Counted from the first letter of the stretch, positions 1-8,358 are shown. The stretch is DNA of 64,000 nt from an uncultured Bacillota bacterium (GCA_947644695.1 CANSAJ010000004.1:5750-69749), one strand, 5' to 3'. A program made the numbers and translations. Notes: generated by a model from the letters alone, not told the origin.

Positions 1-185
1 TGTATGCTTTTTAGTAAGTCTTCTATTACTTTTGATTCATTTCGTGCTGGAATTAATATGCAGAAGTTATGATTTTTTTGTCTATATTTTTTGGGATAAT
101 TTCTATTTAGTTTTTGTATTGTTATTTTTGAGAAAAATAGTATGAGTCCTATTATGAGTAATGTTATTCCAAGTTTTAGTATCAT
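1..185 (-). CDS. Glycosyltransferase family 2-like protein, N-terminal part (CDS runs off the window start)
   Basis: Minus-strand ATG at 185-183 overlaps the upstream stop as ATGA. Translation is MILKLGITLLIIGLILFF...NFCILIPARNESKVIEDLLKSI: a TM helix followed by the GT2-type ILIPARNE motif. Confidence 0.5.
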   Translation of the reverse strand, partial: MILKLGITLLIIGLILFFSKITIQKLNRNYPKKYRQKNHNFCILIPARNESKVIEDLLKSI

Positions 186-886
186 TTTTCCACCTTCTCT
201 TCAGGTACTATCATGTTAGGAAATGCTTTTCTTAGTCTTTCATCAGTATATACTTTGTCATAGAATTCACCTAGAATAGTAAATGGTGGATAGTTATTTC
301 TTCTTAATGTTTGTCTTATTAAAGCTGTCCATGATATAAACATGTCAAAGACTAGAAAAACTATAAAAATATTTAGTATTAGTTTGCCTAAATTATATGG
401 TATTTTTTCTATTAAGTTGCTAAGAAAAGGATAAATAAATTGTACAAATATAAGACATATAAATCCCCATATACACATTATTGGAATTGATGTTCTTCCA
501 TTTATGTTTAAAAAGTATGTTGAATAGTCCCAAGATATTGTACCTACAACTGTTTCTTGGAAATATCCAATTAAATATTCACTAATTCCACCTAGTAAAG
601 CTCCATATATGAATGTTTGATACCATTTATGTTTTTTATCTGCTAGAATAGCAGTCATTAGAACAGCACCTATACCATATATAGGACTAAATGGACCATA
701 AATAACGCCTCTTCTAACTTCCCAAAATATTGTTCCATTTTTGATGAAATGTTTTACAAGATTTAGTATCATTTCATAGTAATTTCCAAATATACATCCA
801 ATTATAAATATTATAAATAATTTATCAAAGCATTTTCCTTTAGCAAATATTTTGTCAGTCTCTTTTTTTGTTATCTCCATATACAA
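182..886 (-). CDS. Polytopic membrane protein (paralog of the partial CDS at 63516-64000)
   Basis: 234-aa ORF with several hydrophobic helices. It shares the YGP(F/Y)..(I/V)YGIG motif with the ORF at the other window end. The family name is not certain from memory. Confidence 0.6.
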   Translation of the reverse strand: MYMEITKKETDKIFAKGKCFDKLFIIFIIGCIFGNYYEMILNLVKHFIKNGTIFWEVRRGVIYGPFSPIYGIGAVLMTAILADKKHKWYQTFIYGALLGGISEYLIGYFQETVVGTISWDYSTYFLNINGRTSIPIMCIWGFICLIFVQFIYPFLSNLIEKIPYNLGKLILNIFIVFLVFDMFISWTALIRQTLRRNNYPPFTILGEFYDKVYTDERLRKAFPNMIVPEEKVEK

Positions 887-1019
887 CTCCTAAATATTTC
901 TTTCTATTTAATTATATCATATTATTGTTTTTAAATTTTATTACTTTTTTGTAATATTAATTTTTGTTTAAAAATGGTATGTAAATGTAGTATAATATGA
1001 GAGTAATTTGGAGGCAATT

Positions 1020-1619
1020 ATGAGTAAGGTTTTTACGTTTAGAGTTAGTATTGAAGGTTTGGAGAATAAGATATGGAGAATTATTGAGATTATTGATTTG
1101 AGGACATTGGCTGATCTTGCTTATAGTATTTTAGCTTCTTTTGATTCTCTTGCTTACCATATGTATTCTATTTCATATAAAGAAAGCAAGTATAGTTGTG
1201 TTAATTATGGTTTTGAGCCTTTTATTAATGATGTTTGTTCTTTAGCTTCAAGTGTTAGGTTAAATAAACTTAATTTAAGTAAGAATGATGTTATGGTTAT
1301 GGAATATGATACTGGAAGTCCAACAGATTTTGTAATTGAGTACCTAGGTAATCACGAATTGGAAACTGGTGCTGGAAGACGTTATCCATATATTAAGTCT
1401 GGTATGGGAAGTGGAATGATAGATGATATTAGTGGTCATCACCTATTTGAAATTATAGAAGATATTGATAGAAAAGGTATTTCTGATTACTTTTATACTA
1501 TGGGTTATGAAAGAGAATGTATATATGATTATCGAGTATATGATATAAATTTAGATAATGCTACACTTAAGGAAAAAATAGAAAAGATAAAAGAAGGTTA
1601 TGAAAGTATTTCTAATTAG
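1020..1619 (+). CDS. pRiA4b ORF-3-like (plasmid/IS-passenger type) protein
   Basis: The N-terminus FTFRVSIEGLENKIWRIIEIIDLRTLADLAYSILASFDSLAYHMYSI matches the Y.F.V.L.....IWR...V....TL.dLh pattern of the PRiA4_ORF3 family. GGAGG lies 5 nt upstream of ATG 1020; the ORF track starts at TTG 1008. Confidence 0.55.
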   Translation: MSKVFTFRVSIEGLENKIWRIIEIIDLRTLADLAYSILASFDSLAYHMYSISYKESKYSCVNYGFEPFINDVCSLASSVRLNKLNLSKNDVMVMEYDTGSPTDFVIEYLGNHELETGAGRRYPYIKSGMGSGMIDDISGHHLFEIIEDIDRKGISDYFYTMGYERECIYDYRVYDINLDNATLKEKIEKIKEGYESISN

Positions 1620-1638
1620 TGTTTTTGTTGGTAAAATT

Positions 1639-1647
1639 TGGTATAAT
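1639..1647 (+). promoter_or_regulatory. Extended -10 element (TGgTATAAT) ahead of the radical SAM operon
   Basis: TGGTATAAT sits in the 62-nt gap between 1619 and 1682, about 35 nt upstream of ATG 1682. No good -35 was seen. Confidence 0.3.
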
Positions 1648-1681
1648 GTTTGTGAGTATTTAAATTTAGAGGTTTAATAGT

Positions 1682-2848
1682 ATGAGAAAAAAGTTAGGAA
1701 TAATTGATGCTGATTTGTTAGATAATGGAACTAGACATCCTAATTTGGCGTGTATGAAAATATCTGCTTATTATAAAGATAAGGGATATAATGTATCACT
1801 ATTAGATTCTTATGAGAATTTAGATAGTTATAATTTAGTCTTTATAAGTAAGGTTTTTACTTTTACAAAAGTTCCTATGACTATTTTTAAAAGAGGAATT
1901 TGTAAGGATATAAATCATCCAGAAGATAGTTTAAAGAAGAATATTAGAATAGGTGGTACAGGTTTTTATTATGATAAAGCAGAGGATTTGCCTTATGAAA
2001 TAGAGCATCATATGCCAGATTATAGTTTATATGAAGATTATATTTTGGAAAAGATAAAGAATGGAGAACCTAGGAGTAGGTATGTAGATTATTTAGATTT
2101 TTCTATAGGATTTGCTACTAGAGGTTGTTTTAGAAAATGTGATTTTTGTGTTAATAAAAAATATAATAATGTATTTATAGCATCACCGATTAAAGAATTT
2201 TTTGATGAATCGAAACCTAAGATTTATTTATGGGATGATAATTTTATGGCTTCTCCTGATTTTAATTCTATTTTAGATGATTTAATTGCTACTGGAAAAC
2301 CATTTCAGTTTAGACAAGGTCTTGATATTAGACTTATGACTGGCGAGAAAGCTATGAGGCTTGCAAAGGTTAAGTATTATGGAGATTATATTTTTGCATT
2401 TGATCATATAGAGGATAAGGATATAATTTCTCGTAAATTAGAGTTATGGAGGAGATATTCTAATAAGTCTACTAAACTTTATGTTTTAACGGGTTATGAT
2501 AGCCAAGATGAAGTGGATATAAAGAATACATTTGAGAGAATAAAGATACTTATGAAGTATGGATGTTTACCTTATATTATGAGATATGAAGATTATAAAA
2601 ATTCTAGATTTAAGTCAATGTATATTCAGATTGCTAGGTGGTGTAATCAACCACAGTTTATTAAAAAGCAAAGTTTTAGGCAATATTGTGAGGATAATGA
2701 AAGGTATCATAGGATGAAGAAGAAAGATGTCGTTAAAAATTGTGCGTGTTATCAAACTATGTTAGATTTTGAAGAAGAATTTCCTGATATTGCAAAAGAA
2801 TATTTTGATTTAAGATGGGAAGACTTAAATGAATATTTAAAGAAATGA
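1682..2848 (+). CDS. Radical SAM enzyme with an N-terminal Rossmann/B12-binding-like domain
   Basis: ATRGCFRKCDFCVNKKY carries a canonical CX3CX2C cluster motif (Cys149/153/156, nt 2126-2149). The N-terminus LGIIDADLL...HPNLACMKISAYYKDKGYNVSLLD resembles the cobalamin-binding-like domain of class B radical SAM enzymes. Confidence 0.75.
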   Translation: MRKKLGIIDADLLDNGTRHPNLACMKISAYYKDKGYNVSLLDSYENLDSYNLVFISKVFTFTKVPMTIFKRGICKDINHPEDSLKKNIRIGGTGFYYDKAEDLPYEIEHHMPDYSLYEDYILEKIKNGEPRSRYVDYLDFSIGFATRGCFRKCDFCVNKKYNNVFIASPIKEFFDESKPKIYLWDDNFMASPDFNSILDDLIATGKPFQFRQGLDIRLMTGEKAMRLAKVKYYGDYIFAFDHIEDKDIISRKLELWRRYSNKSTKLYVLTGYDSQDEVDIKNTFERIKILMKYGCLPYIMRYEDYKNSRFKSMYIQIARWCNQPQFIKKQSFRQYCEDNERYHRMKKKDVVKNCACYQTMLDFEEEFPDIAKEYFDLRWEDLNEYLKK

Positions 2849-2849
2849 A

Positions 2850-3539
2850 GTGATAAGTATGAGTTTTTATGAAGAGTGGGAAAAAGTTTATAGTATTGAG
2901 AAGAGTAGTAATTTATATTTTGATGAGTTTTTGAATTTATCTCAAGATTCTTTGAAGTTATTTTTAGAAGGTCCAGATGATAAGCTTGTTCAAATGGTAC
3001 GTTTTTTGGTTAATATACCAATTAAAGAATTTATTTTAAGAATAAATTCATCTAAAGATTATAGTGCTCGAGATATAGTTCAGTTTAGTAATTTAGATAA
3101 TGCAATAATGGGGGTTTCTTCGGCTTTAAAGTTAAAGAAAGTATCTTTGTCTTTTTTGGAGATTGGTAGAATTTTATTTTTTAATAAGAGTGATGTTGCA
3201 TGTAAAAAATATGGAGAGAATCATTCTAAACTTGCAAGAGAACTTTCTATGGTTACTTTTGAAAGAAAGAGAGATGTAAAAATTTCTAATACACCATTTG
3301 GAGTTTTTAGTTTATCACTTGATAATGATGATAAGATTCAGGTAGTGAGAAGATTATTACTTCGTAATCCTTTTATTCAGACTTTTATTTATAATGCAAG
3401 AAACGGAAAAGTTAAGTATAGTGATATGACTAAGTGTTTGGCTTATAAAACATCTTTAAGAAGAAAATCTAATGTAAAAAAAATTATTAATATTATATTA
3501 GAAGGTGAAGAATGCTTGGATAACATTATATGGGAGTAG
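2850..3539 (+). CDS. Hypothetical protein (229 aa), operon member
   Basis: The ORF starts 1 nt after the radical SAM stop (GTG 2850 or ATG 2859) and ends 3 nt before the next ATG. No motif was recognised. Confidence 0.55.
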   Translation: MISMSFYEEWEKVYSIEKSSNLYFDEFLNLSQDSLKLFLEGPDDKLVQMVRFLVNIPIKEFILRINSSKDYSARDIVQFSNLDNAIMGVSSALKLKKVSLSFLEIGRILFFNKSDVACKKYGENHSKLARELSMVTFERKRDVKISNTPFGVFSLSLDNDDKIQVVRRLLLRNPFIQTFIYNARNGKVKYSDMTKCLAYKTSLRRKSNVKKIINIILEGEECLDNIIWE

Positions 3540-3542
3540 TAA

Positions 3543-5618
3543 ATGAGTTTAAGAGAATTAGATATAAAAAATTGTTATGAAACTACTGGAGATAAAATGC
3601 AGTTATTAGAAAAATTTTATATTCCAGTTTTACAAGAAACAGTTATATATTATAGGATAGCTGGATTTTTTAGTAGCAGTAGTTTATTAGTGGCATCTCA
3701 AGGTATAGAGGGATTAATTAAAAATGGTGGTAAGATGTGTTTGTTAATTTCTCCAGAGTTGTCAGAGCAAGACTATTTAATTATAAAGAATTCTCAAGAA
3801 AAGAAGTTAGATGAATCATTAAGTATTTTTTCTCAAATGGATATAAATGATTTTCCTAAAAGTGATAATTTGCAGGCTTTGGCGTGGTTACTAGCAGCAG
3901 GAAGGCTTGAGATAAAAATAGTTGTTCCTAAGAATTCTGCTGATAGTTTATTTCATCAAAAGATAGGCATTTGTTATGATAAAGAAGGTAATATGATTTC
4001 TTTTAGTGGTTCTATAAACGAATCTGCTCGTGCATGGCTTTACAATATAGAGGAATTTAAAGCCTTTAAATCTTGGGCTCCTGGGCAATCAGAATATTTT
4101 TATAATGATTTAAAAAAATTTAATTCTTATTGGAATAATGAGAGAACTGATGTAGCAGATGTTTATGATTTACCTGAATCATTTAAGAAAAAAATAATCG
4201 ATGTTAAACCTAGAGATATAAATGAGCTTTCTATTATGAAAAAGTATAGAGAGAAAGCTTTACAAAAAGATACTTTACTTTCTTTATTTGCTCATCAAAG
4301 ACGAGCTATTGAGATTTGGAAATCTAATAATTATAGACTTTTAATGGAAATGGCTACTGGAACTGGTAAGACTAGAACTGCTATTGGTTGTTTTTTGCAT
4401 TTAAAAGAATCTCTTAATAAATTCTTAGTTATTGTTGCAACTCCATATGATACATTATCTAGGCAATGGGAAAAAGATGTGAATGATTTAAATATTAAAT
4501 TTGATAGAAGTGTTATTGTGGATAGTACTAATTCTAAGTCATATGTTGATTTAGAGAAGATACTTTTGGATTTGAATATAGACTTAATAGATAATGCTAT
4601 TATTTATACTACACATAGAACTGCATCTGGAGATAAATTTATTAATATAGTAAAATCACACAATAGAAATTTAAAAATTTTATTTATTTGTGATGAAGTA
4701 CATGGAATAGGTGCCGATAAGCAAAGGGAAGCTTTGTTAGATATTTATCAATATCGTATAGGATTAAGTGCAACTCCCGAAAGGCTTTATGATGAAGAAG
4801 GGACTAATTTAATACGAAGTTATTTTGGAGATAAGTCATTTGAGTTTACAATTAAAGATGCTTTAAATACTATTAATCCTATAACTGGAAAACCTTTTTT
4901 AAATCCATTTTATTATTATCCATGTTTTGTGGATTTGACAGAAGAGGAGCTAGGAAAGTATAAAGATTATTCTAGAAGGATAGTAATTGAGCAGTCAAAA
5001 GAGAATCCAGATAGAGATATGATTGAAAGCTATTTAATGGAACGTGCTAAAATAGTTAAAAATGCTTGTAATAAATTATCTGTTGTAAAAACAATAATTG
5101 ATAGTATGAATATTAAAGAGAAGATTAAAGATACTATAATTTTTTCTACTAATAAACAACTTGAAGAGGTTATGTTATTTCTAAGTGAAATGAATATTAC
5201 TAGGAGTAAAGTGACTGAAAATGAATCAACTACTAAACGTATGGGTATAAATGATTATACTGAAAGAGAAGAGATAATAGATCAGTTTAGAAAAGGCAAC
5301 ATACAAGTTTTAATTGGAATTAAGTGTTTAGATGAAGGAATAGATATAAAAAATGCTAGAGTGGCAATTTTAATGGCTAGTAGTACTAATCCAAGAGAGT
5401 ATGTGCAAAGAGTAGGTAGAGTTATTAGAACTGATAAAGATAAAGATTTTTCTGTTATATATGATTTAATAGTTAGAACTTATTCTGAAGATAATGTCAA
5501 GAATAGAATTTTAGAAAAAGAAGCAAAAAGAGCTATGTTGATAGCTAGTAATGCAGTTAATTATGAACAGGTTAAAGAAGCTTTTGAGAGGAATGGAGTG
5601 ATTTTAGATGGCAATTAG
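3543..5618 (+). CDS. PLD-like (HKD) nuclease domain fused to an SF2 (ResIII/DEAH-type) helicase
   Basis: N-terminal HKD-type motif FHQKIGICYD...SGSINES (aa 138-160). Helicase motif I is MEMATGTGKTRTA, motif II FICDEVHG, motif III GLSATPER and motif VI QRVGRVIR. GGGAG RBS upstream. Confidence 0.85.
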   Translation: MSLRELDIKNCYETTGDKMQLLEKFYIPVLQETVIYYRIAGFFSSSSLLVASQGIEGLIKNGGKMCLLISPELSEQDYLIIKNSQEKKLDESLSIFSQMDINDFPKSDNLQALAWLLAAGRLEIKIVVPKNSADSLFHQKIGICYDKEGNMISFSGSINESARAWLYNIEEFKAFKSWAPGQSEYFYNDLKKFNSYWNNERTDVADVYDLPESFKKKIIDVKPRDINELSIMKKYREKALQKDTLLSLFAHQRRAIEIWKSNNYRLLMEMATGTGKTRTAIGCFLHLKESLNKFLVIVATPYDTLSRQWEKDVNDLNIKFDRSVIVDSTNSKSYVDLEKILLDLNIDLIDNAIIYTTHRTASGDKFINIVKSHNRNLKILFICDEVHGIGADKQREALLDIYQYRIGLSATPERLYDEEGTNLIRSYFGDKSFEFTIKDALNTINPITGKPFLNPFYYYPCFVDLTEEELGKYKDYSRRIVIEQSKENPDRDMIESYLMERAKIVKNACNKLSVVKTIIDSMNIKEKIKDTIIFSTNKQLEEVMLFLSEMNITRSKVTENESTTKRMGINDYTEREEIIDQFRKGNIQVLIGIKCLDEGIDIKNARVAILMASSTNPREYVQRVGRVIRTDKDKDFSVIYDLIVRTYSEDNVKNRILEKEAKRAMLIASNAVNYEQVKEAFERNGVILDGN

Positions 5619-5802
5619 TGAAAAGATTGTAAGTAGGATAAATGAATTAAATGAAGATGAAAAATTGAAGGAATTGATGTTTACAATTTTGGAGATGGAG
5701 AATTATGGACATTATAGATATATTGATAGATATGATACTTTAATTCAAGAATATATTAGTAAAGAGAAGGTAGGAGAGGATAGTAATGGTCAAGATAAAT
5801 AA
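5608..5802 (+). CDS. Small hypothetical protein (64 aa), operon member
   Basis: ATG is preceded by GGAGTG. It overlaps the helicase stop by 11 nt and the next gene by 17 nt. No motif was recognised. Confidence 0.45.
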   Translation: MAISEKIVSRINELNEDEKLKELMFTILEMENYGHYRYIDRYDTLIQEYISKEKVGEDSNGQDK

Positions 5803-7792
5803 AATTCAGTTTATTAATTATCGTCAGTATAAAAATTATTCTTTGGATTTTAATAGTAATGGAAGTAATAATTTACATATTATTAAAGCAAAGAATGGAA
5901 CTGGAAAGACTACTTTTTTGAATGGTATTTTGTGGTGTCTGTATGGGGAAGAAAAATATATTTCTAATAAAAATAAATCTTTACCAGTTTATAATCAATC
6001 TATTCTTTCGTCTTTTAAGCCATCTAGCAATGTTGAGGTTAGTGTTATTTTAGAAATTAGTGATAAAGATAGTAATATTGTTTTTACTAGGACACAATTA
6101 TTTAATATTGTAGAAGATCCTTTAAATGGTAATAGAAATGCAATTTCTTTAGGTTCGTCAGAATTGAAAGTTTTTGTAACTGAGAAGTCATCAAGCACTA
6201 ATTCTAAAGTTTATGAGGATGTATTGGAAACTGGTAAGTTTGTGAAGAAGTATTTTGATAAGGACATATTTGATTATTATTTCTTTGATGGAGAAAATTT
6301 AAAAGATTATTTTGATGAATCGAGTTCAGAAAGAATAAAGTCTTCTGTTTTTAGTATTTCTCAGGTAACTTTATTAGGTAATACTATTGCTCATTTGAAT
6401 AATTTAATAGATGGTAAGACTAGACAGATATCTAAAATTGGTGATGAAGATGTAAATGTTTATGATAAAGAAAGAAATTTAGAAAGAGAAATTAGAGAAA
6501 AAGAACAAGAAAATGTTAGACTTGCTGGAGAGATTAAGAAGTTACAAGAGGATTTTGAAGAAAAAGATTCTTTACTTAGAAATTATGCTCCCGTTAAACT
6601 TAGACAAGAAAGACGAGAGGTTCTTGATAAAGAACTTTTGGATTTGGAGAGTCAATTTAATGAATTTAAGAAAGATCAATATTCATTTATAAAGAGATAT
6701 TTAGTTTTGTTTAAGTTATATCCTAGAATTAAATCTACATTAAATATGATTAATAAAAAACAGTCAGAAGGGCTTTTGCCTCCTGTTATTGATAGGAATT
6801 TGATTTTGGATTTGGTTGATAAAAAGGTTGATACATGTCCTGTATGTGATAATCATATAGATGAAAAAGCACTTGTTCATTTAAGTGAACTTTTAGGGCA
6901 GCTTAATATTTCAACAGTTGCATCTCATAAATTGATTGAGATTAAAAGTAGTTTAGAGTCAGCGGTTGATGAATGTAAAGAATATAAAGATAAGAAGGCC
7001 AAACTCATTAGTAGAGAGAAGGAATTAAATTTTAAAATAGAAAAAGTAAGGGAAGAATTAAGTGATATTCATTCATATTTATCTACTTATTCTAATATGG
7101 ATTCAAATAGTATTAATGTTTCGCAAATAGAGTTAGATAGGAATCGAGTTAGAGATGAGTTGGATGTTCGTAAAAAGGTGATTGTATTAAATGAGAATAA
7201 TATTGAAATTTGTAAGGAAAAATTAGTTGGTATAAGAAAAGATATTGAAAATATAGAAGCTAGAGATAAGAATAGAACTTTTTTAGGTGAACAGCTTACA
7301 CTTTTGAGGAAGCTTTATGCTAATTTTTCTGGTATTCAAAATGATATTATGTTGGGTATTAGAGATGAAATTATGCGAAAAACTTGGCAAAGATTTGATT
7401 CTATGATTTGGAAAAAGAAGACTTTTAAATATTTAGATATTAATGATTCATATGAAATATCTGTTTATAATATGGAAGGTAATGAGATGACAGCTTCTAT
7501 GAGCGCTACTGAGCATATGGCTTTAGCTTATGCATTTACGTTTGCAATTCATGATGTTTCTGGTATAAATTCCCCTCTTGTTGTTGATTCGCCTTTAGGA
7601 CGTGTTTCTGATGAAAATAGAGAACTTATGGCTAAGGTACTTCTTAATGTGTCTCGTGAGAAGCAAATTATTATGTTGTTTACACCTGATGAGTATTCTA
7701 AAAATGTTGCTAATATTTTTAATGATGCATCTAGTTTAAGAGTTATTGCTTTGGATGGTAATGAAAAGGAAGTTCAGGAGGTTAGTTGTTAA
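5786..7792 (+). CDS. DndD-family SMC/Rad50-like ABC ATPase
   Basis: Walker A is KAKNGTGKTTFLNGILWCLYG. A long central coiled coil contains a CPVC hook-like motif. The C-terminus VVDSPLGRVSDENRELMAKVLLNVSREKQIIMLFTPDEY matches the D(T/S)PLGRLD...Q(V/I)I.L(S/F)T signature of DndD/SspC-type ATPases. Confidence 0.85.
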   Translation: MVKINKIQFINYRQYKNYSLDFNSNGSNNLHIIKAKNGTGKTTFLNGILWCLYGEEKYISNKNKSLPVYNQSILSSFKPSSNVEVSVILEISDKDSNIVFTRTQLFNIVEDPLNGNRNAISLGSSELKVFVTEKSSSTNSKVYEDVLETGKFVKKYFDKDIFDYYFFDGENLKDYFDESSSERIKSSVFSISQVTLLGNTIAHLNNLIDGKTRQISKIGDEDVNVYDKERNLEREIREKEQENVRLAGEIKKLQEDFEEKDSLLRNYAPVKLRQERREVLDKELLDLESQFNEFKKDQYSFIKRYLVLFKLYPRIKSTLNMINKKQSEGLLPPVIDRNLILDLVDKKVDTCPVCDNHIDEKALVHLSELLGQLNISTVASHKLIEIKSSLESAVDECKEYKDKKAKLISREKELNFKIEKVREELSDIHSYLSTYSNMDSNSINVSQIELDRNRVRDELDVRKKVIVLNENNIEICKEKLVGIRKDIENIEARDKNRTFLGEQLTLLRKLYANFSGIQNDIMLGIRDEIMRKTWQRFDSMIWKKKTFKYLDINDSYEISVYNMEGNEMTASMSATEHMALAYAFTFAIHDVSGINSPLVVDSPLGRVSDENRELMAKVLLNVSREKQIIMLFTPDEYSKNVANIFNDASSLRVIALDGNEKEVQEVSC

Positions 7793-7793
7793 T

Positions 7794-8237
7794 ATGAAGG
7801 ATAGAATTTTTATAAATGGTAAATATAGAGATTTTGTAGATGAACTAAAAAATAAGAAAATTTTAGATATTGATAATACTACTGAAAATAAAGATATATT
7901 TATTTTGTTAGCGGCTCTTGGTATTGATTCTCCGAAAGAGATTGATGGAGCAAAGCATGGTTTTATTAGGAAAGAATATCTTCATACTTATGAAATTGCT
8001 TTGATAACTGCTATGACTTTGGGAAATATAAGTGAAAATGAAGATGTGGATAAGTATTTTGTTGGAAATACATTTTATGATAATGCAGAAAAGTTTGTGG
8101 AGGCAGGATTTGGTGTGTTAAAGCAAAAGATAGAAGATGATAGTGCTGATGAAGAGTTGTTTAGAAAAAAATTAATGGAAGAGCTTGAAATACTTTATGA
8201 TGCTAATGTTAAGGCAGATTTAAATGTGGAAGTTTAA
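7794..8237 (+). CDS. Small helical protein (147 aa), possibly related to Dnd-system-associated small proteins
   Basis: ATG 7794 lies 1 nt after the DndD-like stop, with AGGAGG upstream; the ORF-track start 7746 is inside the previous gene. The pattern DIFILLAALGI...IALITAM...AEKFVEAGFGVL recalls small proteins found beside DndD-like genes, but this is recollection only. Confidence 0.45.
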   Translation: MKDRIFINGKYRDFVDELKNKKILDIDNTTENKDIFILLAALGIDSPKEIDGAKHGFIRKEYLHTYEIALITAMTLGNISENEDVDKYFVGNTFYDNAEKFVEAGFGVLKQKIEDDSADEELFRKKLMEELEILYDANVKADLNVEV

Positions 8238-8358
8238 AAAATGAATTAAAAGGAGACTATGATTTTGGGATTCTCGGGCTCTTTTTTTGTGTATTTACTA
8301 GTATAGGGTTTGTTTTTCTGCTATAATTTATTATGAGAAATAATTGGTAGGAGGGATT

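Noticed and set aside
5995-6198. Antisense or alternate-frame ORFs in the track: 5995-6198, 8720-8923, 13101-13382, 15278-15634, 16778-17050, 17712-17927, 17812-17994, 24700-24927, 31826-32107, 39867-40124, 40902-41150, 45019-45324, 46843-47055, 47059-47244, 48028-48243, 48915-49121, 49849-50091, 51157-51456, 51481-51669, 58338-58532, 60424-60756, 61716-61901
   Set aside because: Each lies inside, or opposite, a longer ORF with clear protein-family motifs, or in the case of 8720-8923 in otherwise non-coding sequence. They have low-complexity Leu/Ile/Phe/Ser/Asn/Lys-rich translations typical of spurious frames in AT-rich DNA, and they lack an RBS.
1682-8237. Interpreting the first operon as a Dnd or Ssp phosphorothioation system because of the DndD-like ATPase
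   Set aside because: No DndA/IscS-like desulfurase, no DndC/SspD PAPS-reductase-like ATP pyrophosphatase, and no DndE, DndB/DGQHR, SspA/B, DndFGH or SspE-type genes occur anywhere in the window. Only the ATPase fold is shared.
8250-8295. A terminator directly after the candidate operon (T-run at ~8282)
   Set aside because: I could not find a convincing GC-containing stem preceding the T-run, so it is left unannotated.
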